This document shows positions 17,848-29,901 of a stretch of DNA of 64,000 bases, in pieces. The translations under genes and the position numbers were made by a program. The notes beneath the pieces are model-generated. The model had not been told where the DNA came from. It worked only from the letters and a program-made list of their open reading frames with translations, and did not search any database. The stretch lies in contig OZ025717.1 in NCBI GenBank assembly GCA_964019335.1, positions 1 through 64,000 on the forward strand. Reading direction: 5' to 3'. The DNA comes from Diplonema japonicum (lineage: Eukaryota; Protista; Euglenozoa: Diplonemea). The stretch's first letter is position 1, and the number at the start of each line of letters is the position of its first letter.

Positions 17848-19764
17848 TCAGTCTATGGGGATGGCCAGAGACTTAAACTCTGAGGGCGTGAGGCCGATAA
17901 CCTGGGACCCCTTCATGTCGCGAGTCCAGTATAGGCTTCCTTTTGAATCAAGGCCAACAACGATGCCCCTCTGGTAGCTAGGTGGGAGGGCCACCTGCTG
18001 CCCGCTGTACACCCCGTACTTTTCATAGACTGCTGCTGATGTGTCAAACATCTGCTCTCCAGGTGGGCTAGATGAGTAGCAGTGGAACGTTACTATGGAC
18101 TGCTGTGCCTTCTGGTGAGGTGTGACCCGTGTCACCACAACCGAGGCCGACGGTGGCGAAGGTGAAGGAGAGGCGGGCGGGAGTGCCTCGTCCGAGTCCA
18201 TCGCTACCAACGGCGGCGGTTCCAATGCTTTCCTCTTCTGCTCCCAATTGCTGTTGCACAACCAGCACCACACACCAGGTACCAGCCTGCCACAAGAGTC
18301 GCACCACCAAACAGTGCCCTTCGCATCAACAGTTTCCTTGCATTGTACAACTTGCAAACTCTCTACTGCTGCTGCACCCAACGACGCAACACGGTTCCGG
18401 ATTGTCACCACGTATAGAAACCCATCCCTGCAACCCAGTACCACACAAGTTTCATAACCATCCTCCAAGTTAACTCTTGCCTCGGTACCGCATTTCAGCC
18501 TCTTATCGAACTTCTGCAATACCTTCCTGCTCCCATCATACTCATCACTCCCTACGCAGGCAACGGTTTTATGGGGTGCGTTGACCCACCTCATTGTATC
18601 CCACTCCATCATCTGCGCCACAAGAGGCACCTCAGTCTGACAGTTCAGTAACTTCATCTGCCAGGCCACGATGCTTACCCTTCTTCTAAAGGGTCTGCTG
18701 TAATACGCATGGTACTTGGGTTGCCACAGCACCACAAAGTCTTTTACAAGTTTGTATAGCGCAGCGCTCAGACACTCGCTGGCATTGCATGTTGCCAAAA
18801 CGCAATCATCGTGTGAAAGCAGTACAGGTTTCCAGTAATCAAGTGTATTGCTCAAATTCTTGTGCTTTCTATAATCCGAGTGGTGCTGTACTGCTAGGAG
18901 TGCGTCTTCATCCGACCTTGAGAAGCATGAATATCTGGAGTACATGATCAGCTTCAGGATCTCCGTCCTACTTTCGACAGAAGCCACTTCTGTCCCCATG
19001 GCACGCTTGCAACACAGCAGCGCAAGTGCGATGAAAGAGTTACAATTTACAGGAGGCAAAGGTATGCCATGCTCTGCTAGTAATGCGTCATCAACACCTA
19101 TGCCACGGCCCACCGAGCTGTTGACTCGTATCCTGTGGAATCCTCGAAAAGCGGTAGCTGCGAGTAGGCACTCAACACCCGCCACATCTCCGTTCAGCAC
19201 AAAGATAGCCAGTGCGAGCCGTACGCTGTCGTTGTCCCACCGGTCCTCTGGTAGTAAGGCCTTCAGCAAATCGAAATTGCGGTGATTGATGACCACTAAG
19301 GTGAACAGCAAGTTCCTGCTGGGAAATACGCAGTCCTCGATCCTCTGTCTTGCATCAGCCTCGTCACCCATGATCGTGTCGCACGTGGGTGCGAGGGGTG
19401 TCACTAGGTTTGGTAATACAGTTGGTGTTAGAGGCTCAGGTATTAGTACAGGGTCTGGATCACACGTAAGCAGAGGTGGGACGTACCCAAAATAAGGAAC
19501 GCTCTCCTTCGAGAGCGTCATGGCCAAGGGGGGGGAGTACTTGACGGTGGTAGCACTCGCTTCATCTAGCATCCACTTTGCCACCCCCTTGGGTTCGAAG
19601 GACAGCTGCCTGCCTCCATTCTCTGTTGGCCAGTCTACCCCAGGAGGCGAAGGCGACACAGGCCCTGGAGTCCAGCCACCCGTACTTCCATTTGAACAAG
19701 GCGATGTCCCCTGCTTCGGTATCACCTTGTCACGAGGCGTACTCGGTCCACTGCAGTGCGACAT
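17848..19764 (-). CDS. Hypothetical protein
   Basis: 638-aa ORF; CDSC...CWLC possible zinc site near the C-terminus. Confidence 0.7.
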   Translation of the reverse strand: MSHCSGPSTPRDKVIPKQGTSPCSNGSTGGWTPGPVSPSPPGVDWPTENGGRQLSFEPKGVAKWMLDEASATTVKYSPPLAMTLSKESVPYFGYVPPLLTCDPDPVLIPEPLTPTVLPNLVTPLAPTCDTIMGDEADARQRIEDCVFPSRNLLFTLVVINHRNFDLLKALLPEDRWDNDSVRLALAIFVLNGDVAGVECLLAATAFRGFHRIRVNSSVGRGIGVDDALLAEHGIPLPPVNCNSFIALALLCCKRAMGTEVASVESRTEILKLIMYSRYSCFSRSDEDALLAVQHHSDYRKHKNLSNTLDYWKPVLLSHDDCVLATCNASECLSAALYKLVKDFVVLWQPKYHAYYSRPFRRRVSIVAWQMKLLNCQTEVPLVAQMMEWDTMRWVNAPHKTVACVGSDEYDGSRKVLQKFDKRLKCGTEARVNLEDGYETCVVLGCRDGFLYVVTIRNRVASLGAAAVESLQVVQCKETVDAKGTVWWCDSCGRLVPGVWCWLCNSNWEQKRKALEPPPLVAMDSDEALPPASPSPSPPSASVVVTRVTPHQKAQQSIVTFHCYSSSPPGEQMFDTSAAVYEKYGVYSGQQVALPPSYQRGIVVGLDSKGSLYWTRDMKGSQVIGLTPSEFKSLAIPID

Positions 19765-19859
19765 CTATTTAGTGTGTAGCATTACCTGTGGCTCTGTAGT
19801 GTGGAAAAAATATACAAGAAATACACGAACCAAAAACGTTTACTCGCCCCACCGGACAC

Positions 19860-21248
19860 TTACAAACAAGCGTCACCACCCTGCACTGCGGTGGTAGTAG
19901 TATACCTGTCAGCGGAAACGGTGGTCACCTTATGAAAGGCATGAGCTGGGTCTTGTACTGTTACAGTAATATCGAAACACAGGGCGCCTGTTGCCTTGCC
20001 TGTGGTGTAGTCAACACAGGTAGGTTTGCTACCCACAACCACTGATACAGTGAAGATATCTTTGTAAGTGGAAAGTGCTGCCTGCACATCAGCAGCATTG
20101 CAATTGGTGCTGTTGTTGCAGTACTTGCTCGTCGCTAGGAGGGACGGGTCGTTGCTGTATGCCTTATTCTGCAAGTAGTACGAAACTTGTGCCCTGTACA
20201 GCTGGTGTGCGATGTACCTACCGGGCCACTCTGATGTCAAGCAGGCAGCTGCCTTGCTGTTGCTTGTGAACTGGACAACACCCCACATCTCAGGGTTGTG
20301 CATGTACTTCGTATTTCCCAAATTATTCCATACGAACTCCCAGTAGCATCCCCACGCGTCAGTACCCAGCAGCGAGGGGTACTCTTTCTTGATAACTGCG
20401 CACATGTCGTCGTAGTCTTTGTCGAAGAAGTTAATGCCTAAAGGGTCGGCACCAATCGTCAGCAAAGGGTGCTCTGCGCGAGCAAAGTTCACCCACCAAT
20501 AAGTCTGGTTGTTGCTGTTTGGGTTGTGTGCTGAGTAGTCGTGCGAGCTGTCTGCGTCCAGCAGTCCACCATGTCCGCTTCCAGCGGCGATTGGGAAAGC
20601 AATTTCAGCCGTCCAGCTTTGTTTGCTAAAGGGCGTCAAGGCAGGGGGGACAGACACGGCCGTCTTCATCCCGTTGTTCCCACCATACATAGTCCACTTC
20701 TGCCCGGCGTTGAAAGTGCTGTTCTGGCACCATAGGTTGGGGTCACCAGCCTCGCAGGGAACCCCGATGCTGTTCATGCCGCCGTCGGGCACCCTCCACA
20801 GCACGTCGTAGGTGGCGTTCCTTGCGTTCATCTCATACTCCTTGTAGTAGTGCGTGCTCCCTGACACATCCACGAATACCTCAAAGTCATTATTCCACCA
20901 CGGCGCTCGGCCTGCCGTCAGCTCGTTGTTGTGTCCTGTGACGTTGCCCCAAACCACAGGCTCATTGAGCTCTGCTGCGATGTACATGTACTGTGAGTCC
21001 CACCGCACTTTCAATTTTGCCTGGTAAGCCTCCGGAGGTGCCAAGTCGGGGTACAGCACAGATGCAATATCCTCGAATGGCTTAGTCGTCCATGGTACCT
21101 GCTCCCAAGCAGCCTCATTGATGTTGCCATCGATGGTGATCGTCTCCTGACTCCCCAGCTTTGCAGCAACGTACTGTGGGGGGTACTTGTCGAGGAACTT
21201 CCATCCGTCGCTCGCTCCGAGTGTTATGCTGGCAAAGAGCAGCAACAT
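19860..21248 (-). CDS. Secreted CBM9-like/DOMON-like carbohydrate-binding protein
   Basis: Signal peptide; ITIDGNINEAAW...KVRWDSQYMYIAA...NDFEVFVD...YKEYEMNA...WTAEIAFP...WWVNFAR pattern of CBM9-like proteins. Confidence 0.78.
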   Translation of the reverse strand: MLLLFASITLGASDGWKFLDKYPPQYVAAKLGSQETITIDGNINEAAWEQVPWTTKPFEDIASVLYPDLAPPEAYQAKLKVRWDSQYMYIAAELNEPVVWGNVTGHNNELTAGRAPWWNNDFEVFVDVSGSTHYYKEYEMNARNATYDVLWRVPDGGMNSIGVPCEAGDPNLWCQNSTFNAGQKWTMYGGNNGMKTAVSVPPALTPFSKQSWTAEIAFPIAAGSGHGGLLDADSSHDYSAHNPNSNNQTYWWVNFARAEHPLLTIGADPLGINFFDKDYDDMCAVIKKEYPSLLGTDAWGCYWEFVWNNLGNTKYMHNPEMWGVVQFTSNSKAAACLTSEWPGRYIAHQLYRAQVSYYLQNKAYSNDPSLLATSKYCNNSTNCNAADVQAALSTYKDIFTVSVVVGSKPTCVDYTTGKATGALCFDITVTVQDPAHAFHKVTTVSADRYTTTTAVQGGDACL

Positions 21249-21552
21249 TTTATTTTTCTACACCTTGTGGACTCATGTCATGTCGAAGGTACGGTGTTTG
21301 TGGTAACAACAAAAATCAGAAGGTGAGGACACCACTTATATAAGCTTTATATCATAAGGGTCAAATCGTTGTCATCCCTTGGCACCCACTTCGCACGAAC
21401 AAAACTACTAAACTAATCTCCGTGAACAGACGAATGAAAAAAAGAGAGGGGGGAAGAAGAAACGAATTTCTACCAACTACTACTTGATGAATATGTTACA
21501 CATAGCACGCACGACACAGACCGTCATCGGAGGGGGCAAAAGGTCATAGTGT

Positions 21553-24500
21553 CTATACATCTTCTTCTATCGCTTCGCCACTCTTTAGTTTAGCGATGAT
21601 GGCTTTGAGCCTGGCTATTTCTTTTGACTCAACTGCTTTTGAAGCGTCGTTTGTGATGAGTTTGGTACGTGCAGCATACTGTGTGTTGGTGGGATTAGTG
21701 TGGGGTACATACCGCCAGTGTGTTGACTGTCTCGTCAGTGTTATAACTTGCAGGCGATACAGCTGCGATCATCATGGTCTTAGCGTTTCCGCCAAGCGAA
21801 TCGCTCATGAGCAGCGTCAATTTGTTATTCCTGTACGGAATGAAGCCGCCCGGATCTGTCGACAGTGCGGAGATGACATCCCCCAGTGCTGTGAGTGACT
21901 TGTTGATCGACTTCGCTTCCTTCTGACCCGCTTCATCTTTGATCCCTGTCTTGTCCATCCTCTCACTCCCAGCAAGGTCCACTAAACTCATCTTACCCGA
22001 TGTCACCTTGCCCGTATTCTTGTTCTGCGTCTCAATCAGTACCCCGAACACCAAATGCGACCTGCTGCTCGCCTCGTTCATCCCCGTCGTCCTCGTGTGA
22101 CGCTGTTTGCATCCTTCCATGTATTGCTTCGCAAGCTCCTCGCGCGTAGCGACAGGCATTATGGTTGACCCTTGCACGAGAACCATGCCCTTCGCGTCTT
22201 TCTTGATGTCCAAATGAGGTGCGTCCTTCTTCTTCGCCTTCGGCAGCAGCAGGTCGTACAAGTTGTCGGTGTACAGTTCCAACATGTAGCAGCTGACGGA
22301 GTAGGTGTATTTACTTTTTATTCCTTCAAGGGTTTCGAACACCTCATTGATGCACCTGGGCGTGATACCAGGGTGATCGGCACTGCCCTCCATGGTGAAG
22401 GTCTTTCCGCTCCCTGTCTGGCCGTACGCGAAGATGCATGTGTTGTAACCGTCGACAGCGGACTGCACAAAGTGCTTGGACTCATCCCACACTTGTGACT
22501 GGGCGGACTCGGGGTTGAAGACGTGGTCGAAAAGGAACTCTTTCTTCTTCTTCGGGACGTCTATCCCATACTCGTCTGGGAACTGCACCACGATTTCGCT
22601 GTTCTTGGACTTTTCGATAGAATTCATAGGCCTGCATCTTACCATCACACGAATCTTCCCCTTCAAGTCCTGGATTTCGTTGAAGTACTTCTTCCTGAGC
22701 TGTGCCTCTTTCTTCCACTGTTCTTCACACTCAGTAGCATGCTTGTTAAGTTCCTTATTCTTCCCCCGTAGTGCGATGGTTTCTTCCTTCAGACCTTCCG
22801 CTTCACCAGCGGCTGCCTTCAACTCTGCATACTTCTTCTTTTGTTCTTTCTTTTCTTTGTTGTGTTCTTCTTGGAGCGTAACCATCTCAGCATCTTTAGA
22901 TTTTATCTCTGATACTTTCTCCTTCACAAGCTTCTTAGTTTTCTCCAGCTCTTTGGATATATCGTTGGACTTGCCCGATGCCTTTTCGAGTCGGGCTATT
23001 TCATTCCGTAATTCTTCTTCTTTAGCAGCGGCCTCCTCTTGACACTTCTTTTCTTGTTCCTGCTGTGCGAGTAGCGCAGCTGCTGCAGTCTCTTCTTTGA
23101 GCTTTGCTATTTCGGCAGCAGATTCCTTCAGTTGAGCAGCTAACTTCTTCTTTTCGGCAACTAATTTGTCGTACTTGGCTTTGAGCTCAGGGTCCTGGCC
23201 GGCGCCTGTCGCCATGACTACTTTATCACCGTTCTTCTCAGCAATGACCTTCTTAAGACCCTTTATCTGGCTCTCTAATTCCTGCTGCTCCCGCATCATG
23301 TCCGACATGGCCACCAGATCGCTGTGCATCTTCGCCTTGTTCTTATTCAGGGCTTCATGGGCTTCCATATTGGAATTAACACACTCATCCTCCTCGGACA
23401 GCTTGTTCTTCAACTTCACAACCTCATCACCATCCTCCTCCTGCGTGTTGGTCAGTTGGCCCCTGAGCTTCTGTTGCGACAGCTGCGCCACTTCCTGCTG
23501 TTGGCTAGTTTCTTGCACCTTAGTCATCAGCACTGCGTGGTGTGCCACCTGTTCCTCGTCGTGCTCCGAGAATTTCGACGCCAACTGCGCCCTCATGATA
23601 TCTTGCTCGTTCTCAAGCTGTGAGGCCTTCATTCGCAGGGTTTGTATCTCTGAGGTAGCCTCGTCCATCGCATCTTCCTTCGCTTGCAGGTCAGCACGCA
23701 GCTGCTCTACCTCTTCACTCTCTCCCTGCTCTTCTATGGCAGCTTCGATTTGCTGGATCTCTTCTTTAAGCTTCTTCACCTTTTCATCCTCTGATGTTAG
23801 CTTCTCCTTCAAGGGGGCCAGCTCTTCCTTGTGTTTTGCCTCTCGCTTCTCGATTTCCTTGTTGTAAAGGATCAGATTGTCTCGTATTTCAATAGCTTTC
23901 TTCTCCAGCTCTTGTTGTTGCTGCTCTTGTACTTCTCGCAACCTGGCAACTTCAGCGTCTTTGCTATCAAGCATCTGCATTAGTTGCTTGCTTTCATCGT
24001 TCCCTTCAACTGCAGATGCCAAGGTCTGTTGCAGCTCGTGCCTGCTCTTCTCTGAAGCTTCAAGGTTCGCAGCCGTAGTCTTGAGTTCGCCCTCAAGTCG
24101 TGCTTTGTCCTCTTCGTAGACTTCGCGTTTCTTTTCTTCTTCATCTTTCATTTCTTTCATCCGTGCAGCCAATTTCTTTTCGTGTGAATCCAAATCAGCC
24201 TTCTTCCCGTCCAACGTCAGCGACGCCAACTTCTTAGACTCCTGCCTCGTCTGGTGATGTTTGGCAACTTCCTCGTTCAGCTTGCCCTGCAACTCAAGGA
24301 TGCTGTCGTTAGAGGTTTTGACCTGCTGCTCGAGCTTCTCTTGCACTTCTGTCACTTGCGTCTCTAACTTCGCGCAATGTCCTTTCAGGGTCGCATGTTG
24401 GTCTTTCTGTTTTGTGTATGCCTCCAGCTTCTGCAGTGTCTCGGCTTCGAAGGTTGCATGTGCCTCAGCTGCTGCCTGCCGCTGTACTTCTTTTTCCTGC

Positions 24501-26356
24501 GACTGTCTCTCCAGCTCCTCGACCTGCTTCGTGAGCTGTGTTTTCGTTTCCTCCCACGTTGCAGCAGCCTCCGCATGTTGGGTCACTTCCCCTTCCTTGC
24601 CTGCGAGAACCTCTTCCCTTGCCGCTAGCTCTTTCCTTGTCGCTTCGACAGCTTCCTCCAATTCCTTAACGTTCCGCAGCAGCGGTTCCTTTTCGAGCGC
24701 AAAGCTCTGTGCCAGGTCCAGTGATAGCATCATGCCAAGCTCTGTTTTCTGCCGCTTCACGCGCTCTACCATCTTTTGCATCCTTGCAACTTTTGTCACA
24801 GCGGTGGTGCTCACGGTTTGTGCTTCTTGGGCCTCTGCTTGAACTCGTTCTTTCTCTATCTTCAGTTCGCTTTGTTTCACGCTCGCTTTCAGTTCCAGTT
24901 CTTGCATTTTCTGAGTCAGTGTCTGTTCCCTTTCTGCAAACTTTGCGTCTGCTTCTGTTTGCAATTTCTTTTCTTGCTCCCGCTTTGCATTCTCAAGCTC
25001 TATCGCCGTTTTATCTGTTGTCTCTTGCAACTCTATTTTGTGCTTCTCGCGCTCTTCTTGTAGTGCTTGTTCAGCATTACGCTGCTTCTCCGTTGCAACC
25101 AATTTCAAATCTTCTGCTTCCTTCTTCGCCGCGACCTTCTGCTCCTCGAGAAGCGTTTTCTCGTGTGATATCTTCATTTCTGCTACTTGGTTGCTCTGTT
25201 TTTGCTCATCTTCCAGCTTGAGGATCATGTCTCGTGCTGCTGCTACTTCCCCGTCTACATTCCCCAACAGCTCAAGCCGCACCCTGCGCATCTTCTCACT
25301 GTGCGCCTTTGCTTGCTTCTCCATCTCTGCTCTATGTTTCTTCGTCAGCACAATAACGTACTCTGTGAGTCATTACAGAGATTGCACACAACATACCTTT
25401 GATCTTTGCTTCAGCTGCCGCTTTCATTTTATTGTAGTGCGCCTCGACCTTATCAACCGCCTGTAGGGTGTCGAGGGGCACATCGCATACCTCTAAATGT
25501 TTGGCTTTCATCTGAGCCATTTCAGCGCACACATGCTGGAGTTTATCCCTAGCGACTCGAACAGGAATATATTCTTCACGTGCGACAAGCACAGGTGAAA
25601 GTCCGTTCAGGCCGTTCGGGTCCTGGTGTGCTGCAGGGGGCTCCCATGTGTCTAGTTCATCGAGTTCCTTTGGGTCTGCTAGGATATCAACAGCGTGCTG
25701 TGAATTCTAAAATTGTGTTGTTACAAGCATACATGGCTGCCGTCCTGCACTCGCTGCTCAGCTGCAATGGGGCCAGCGCTCTTCTTGCTCCTCTCACTGC
25801 GTGGTTCGCTCGCGGCACTGCCTGCGTTCGAGGGGGGTTTGGGGCTACTCGGGGAAAGAACTGGCTCAGCTTGTTCTGGACCAAGGCCCTTTTCAGCGGC
25901 AGGCAATGCCGGTCCTGTTTGGGGTGTGGAGACGGCAGAAATAGAAGCTGGTGGTAGAGATGCGCTGTGCAGGTGTCGCTGGTTCTCCTCGTACTCTTTG
26001 AGACGTTGCCGCCGCTCGTTCGAAAGCTTGGGAGATGCGGACAGTGGATGAGTTGCTTCGTCTGCACTGGTGCCACCTTCGGGCTCAGGCAGTTGTTGTA
26101 TAGACGGTTGAAGGATAGGAGACGCATTGAGTGGCGGCAGGGGAGGGGATTTTATCGCACCCGGCATAGGCGGCGCCACAGAAGGGAGCCCCAGGGGCGT
26201 GCTACGTACAGATCCCTCCTCAGAAGCCTTTTCGCTAACCTCTGCTGCAACATCTATTACACCATTACCATTACCATTTGGTGTCCAACTTGGCCTAACT
26301 GCCGGAACGGAAACCTTCGCATTTATAGGTTGCAAGGTCCCTCCTCTCCCAAGCAT
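21553..26356 (-). CDS. Kinesin-14 (C-terminal motor, long coiled coil); introns 25698-25732, 25461-25490, 25363-25396, 21679-21712
   Basis: KGKIRV, AYGQTGSGKT, NEASSRSH, LVDLAGSE, IPYRNNKLT. Four 30-35 nt GTATG..CAG introns join the ORF fragments into one frame (the 30-nt one is frame-neutral and less certain). Confidence 0.92.
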
Positions 26357-26443
26357 TGGGAGCCTGTTATGACGTGAATAAGAAGACAATACTAACAAAA
26401 GCAGCTAGAAAAATAAAGCACTGGTAGTAGGTGGTAACCTACT

Positions 26444-27091
26444 TTAGTATTCCAACCAACTTTCGTCGAAGTCGGGTTGTTTTCGCAAACCTGCAACATG
26501 GTGCCGCTTGCAGGCAACGAGGATCACAGAAAGGACAACAAGAGACCACTGGAAGATGTTGAGAAGCCGGCTTTGGGTGTACCAAGAACCACAGGAAGAT
26601 TCTGTCGTTGTAAAAATGGCGAGCGTTCCGAGAATAGTGCCGATTGCTTGGAGGATGAGGAAAGAGACGGCAGTGTAGAAGGTGCAGGTGGTCTTCTTAA
26701 AGGCATTATAGTGATAAAAAAAGAGCGTGCAGAGGAAGAGAGTGGGCCACATGACAAGCCAATACTTTATAAGTGAAGTGCATGAAGAGTACGTCCCTGT
26801 ATTCTCACTATGGATGACATACGAGAAGACGGCAAGCTGCAAAAAAAGAAGCTCCAAAATATACTCCACTGTAATGAAGCCCTTCAAAGAAAGCGGCAAA
26901 GGCATTTTGCCTCCCAATACGCCTGTTACCAGCAGCAAAGCTGCTACAACTGCTGTTGCACTCCCGATCCCCTGCGGCAGCTCTTCCCTCTGTTTTTCCT
27001 TCGCCATGCCCTGCAGTTCAATACTCTCAATCTCGATGCTGTCGTCTTGGCACTCATTGCTTATTAACATCTCACCTTCGCAGTGGGGCAT
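26444..27091 (-). CDS. Hypothetical multi-pass membrane protein
   Basis: About five hydrophobic segments. Confidence 0.65.
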   Translation of the reverse strand: MPHCEGEMLISNECQDDSIEIESIELQGMAKEKQREELPQGIGSATAVVAALLLVTGVLGGKMPLPLSLKGFITVEYILELLFLQLAVFSYVIHSENTGTYSSCTSLIKYWLVMWPTLFLCTLFFYHYNAFKKTTCTFYTAVSFLILQAIGTILGTLAIFTTTESSCGSWYTQSRLLNIFQWSLVVLSVILVACKRHHVAGLRKQPDFDESWLEY

Positions 27092-27311
27092 CTTGCCTGG
27101 GTGTGAATTGTAAAAAAAAAAAGCCTTGCAGATCAACAAGCAATGTGATATATGATATTTGCAAGGGTATGGGGGTGCCTCGTGGGTTTCAAGCAGCAAC
27201 GAGGCTCGCAGGGTAACGGTGAATCCGCAAAACACTAGCTTTTGATTTTATTATTAACTGTTTTGAAAAGAGAATGAGGAAAAGAAAAAAAAGAGTGTTT
27301 GTTACCTCTAA

Positions 27312-29840
27312 CTACTCAGCGAGCGGCGGTATCGCGGGGGGCTCATTACAGAACAGAGGGATGAGGTGCAGCTGCTGCTGCAGGAGGCGAAGTCGATCGT
27401 GGTGACGTGTGCCGTAGCTGAGAAGGGCTTCAAGCGACCTCCTAATTTGCGGATTGTCTGAAAGGAAGGTGATGTGCAAAGTACTGAGCAGTGTGCGGAC
27501 ACTAAGCGCAGCAACATCGGCGTGCAGGGCATTCAACATCCACTTCTTTGTGTATCCGATGAGCTTTTCTATCAAATCAGATTCGCAGGATTTGATGGCT
27601 TTGGCAAGGTGTTCCTCAGCAATACCTTCCCTCTCCAGTTTCACAAGCGCCTCCCGCAGGTCCCTTGGGTGGTCCAGCTTCAAGCAGAGCTCAATGGCTT
27701 CCCCATACTGTTTCAGCCTCATTCTGTCTTCAAGCAACTGTTTCTCCTTGACTCGCAACACCTTCTTTGCGGTAGCCTGCCTCACGTCCTCGTCAGTGTA
27801 ATCCTTCCACACGTTCACGACACCATCCGACCCCCCAGTGATGAACCCCATCTCGTCCTGCGCCACATCGATGCTCCATATCCTCTCCTTGTGCTGCATA
27901 AGCGACGCAACGCACGTCTGCAGCTTGATTCCCCAAACCTTCACCATCCCGTCACTCGAGCAGCTGATGATTTGTAACCCTTTGTTCACAAAGGCCAGGT
28001 CCAGTACTGGTGATGCGTGTCCCTGGAAGGTTTTTAGACAACCTTCCCCTGCGTTGGTGGACCACAGTTTCACAGTGTTGTCACCACTGCCACTTGCCAC
28101 CACCTTTTCATGAGTGCTGAACCTGACACAGTGAACCCTTTTTCTGTGACCCTTCAAAGCCACCAGCAGTCTCAGCGCAGTCTTATTCACACCCCATACT
28201 CTCACTGTTTTATCCTTACTGCACGACGCTACCATCTCAGCGGTGGGGCTGAAGCACACCCCGTTGATGTCCATCTCGTGTGCACGCGGCATAGTATCGT
28301 TGGGAGAGGATTCGATGACGACGGGCGTGTCGGGTGTCAAACCCTGCTCCTGCTGCAGCTTCGAGTGCCTCTTGCTGGACATGACATCCCTCATGGACCA
28401 CATTTTGATGCTCAGATCAGCTGAAGCAGATACAAGCATTGGCGGTGCCGACGAGCCTTCAGGGGCGGTGCCGATGGACACGCTTGTCACGTCGTGGGAG
28501 TGACCCTTCAGGATAGCAAGGCATTTCAAGGACTCCATGTCCCACACCCTGATTGTGCGATCCTTGCTGCCCGAAGCCAGGAACTTCTTACATTTGCTTA
28601 CAGCTAACGTAAGCACGACGTCTGTATGACCAATCATAAGGTCGCAGAAGGGGTTCGTGGTATGGAAGACGCGAAGGCTTGCGCTATTGCTTGCCGCCGC
28701 AATCTGGTCTTCAAGACCGTACTTCGCATCCACCACCTGGTCGATGTTCCCCACGATCAGCCTCTTCCTCTGCAGCGTCGGGGTGAAGAATTCAAGGTCG
28801 TGGTCGGCAGTGGCAATCATCAATTCGTTCTGCTGTTTCACACCAAAGATCTTCAATAGCCTCGGCAGTGCTTTACCTGTTTGGAGGCTCTCATTTTTCA
28901 ATTCTTTCTTGCACTTTCGAGCACGGCCTGTTCTCTCCAAGTAGAAGTACTTCAGCTGGCCTGTTTCACCGCCCATCACTATAATCTCCTTGTCCACTTC
29001 GGGGTCGTCCACAACGTCCCCGTAGTAGGAGCCGAGCAGCGCTTTGGTCACCCTGCTCATGCAGGACACCTCCTCGAGCACAGTAAAACTGTGTGAGTTG
29101 GTGGCCTCGAACGTGAGGTTTGACGAGCGTTTCCTCTTCTTGTTGGACGTGCCCTCCACCACAGACAGCCTGTACACGTTGATCTTCCCGTCTCTTCCGC
29201 CCGTGGCCATCATCGCACCATCATAGAAGAAGGTAGCACACTCCACAGCACCAGAGTGATCCGCGAGTTTCAGCACGTGGTCCTTGGACTCCAGATCCCA
29301 CACTGATACACTACCCGAGAAGCACGTCGCCACCATAAAGATACGCGAGCCGATGGTAACAAAAGAAACCGACAGGATAATACCTCCATCATTGGGGAGG
29401 GCATGCGTCTGGCTGTGTGAGGAGCACTCCCAAAGCCTCACAGCACCATCGGTGCACGCCGTAGCCACCCACGTTGAGTCCGGACTGAAGGAACAAGCAC
29501 TGATGGGGTGTTTGGAAGTGAACCAAGTTCTTTCTTTCTTCAGAGACACCTCAAAGAACTCATCGGTAACTACCCGCCACAAGTATCCCTGAAGAGACCT
29601 CGATGCCGCAAACACCCACTTCCCGTCACTGCTGCAGCACACGTTGGCCACTGTTTCTCCATCACCCGTCCCAGTTGTGCACAGAATGGCCCCCGTGTCG
29701 TACTCTAGAAGCACGATCTTGTCTTTGGTCGCCGACACTATGAACTGCCCGTCCCCAGGAATGTCCACACCATTGCCAGAGTATACTGTCTTGACGGCTG
29801 CTTCTACTCGGTAAGCAGACCTCAGCACTGCGCTAGACAT
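27312..29840 (-). CDS. UTP13: WD40 protein TBL3/Utp13 (SSU processome)
   Basis: Many WD40 repeats, including AHEMDINGVCFSP and KGHRKRVHCVRFS, then WKDYT and a helical Utp13-type C-terminal domain. Confidence 0.85.
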   Translation of the reverse strand: MSSAVLRSAYRVEAAVKTVYSGNGVDIPGDGQFIVSATKDKIVLLEYDTGAILCTTGTGDGETVANVCCSSDGKWVFAASRSLQGYLWRVVTDEFFEVSLKKERTWFTSKHPISACSFSPDSTWVATACTDGAVRLWECSSHSQTHALPNDGGIILSVSFVTIGSRIFMVATCFSGSVSVWDLESKDHVLKLADHSGAVECATFFYDGAMMATGGRDGKINVYRLSVVEGTSNKKRKRSSNLTFEATNSHSFTVLEEVSCMSRVTKALLGSYYGDVVDDPEVDKEIIVMGGETGQLKYFYLERTGRARKCKKELKNESLQTGKALPRLLKIFGVKQQNELMIATADHDLEFFTPTLQRKRLIVGNIDQVVDAKYGLEDQIAAASNSASLRVFHTTNPFCDLMIGHTDVVLTLAVSKCKKFLASGSKDRTIRVWDMESLKCLAILKGHSHDVTSVSIGTAPEGSSAPPMLVSASADLSIKMWSMRDVMSSKRHSKLQQEQGLTPDTPVVIESSPNDTMPRAHEMDINGVCFSPTAEMVASCSKDKTVRVWGVNKTALRLLVALKGHRKRVHCVRFSTHEKVVASGSGDNTVKLWSTNAGEGCLKTFQGHASPVLDLAFVNKGLQIISCSSDGMVKVWGIKLQTCVASLMQHKERIWSIDVAQDEMGFITGGSDGVVNVWKDYTDEDVRQATAKKVLRVKEKQLLEDRMRLKQYGEAIELCLKLDHPRDLREALVKLEREGIAEEHLAKAIKSCESDLIEKLIGYTKKWMLNALHADVAALSVRTLLSTLHITFLSDNPQIRRSLEALLSYGTRHHDRLRLLQQQLHLIPLFCNEPPAIPPLAE

Positions 29841-29901
29841 GACCCCCCTGTCCTGTGTGTGATAAGAAAGAGTACCTAAAAAGGGGAAAAAAGAATTACA
29901 G

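Noticed and set aside
21553-26398. Stop-codon reassignment or programmed frameshifting to explain broken ORFs
   Set aside because: Each break checked in the host genes is resolved by a short canonical GT-AG intron that restores conserved protein sequence.
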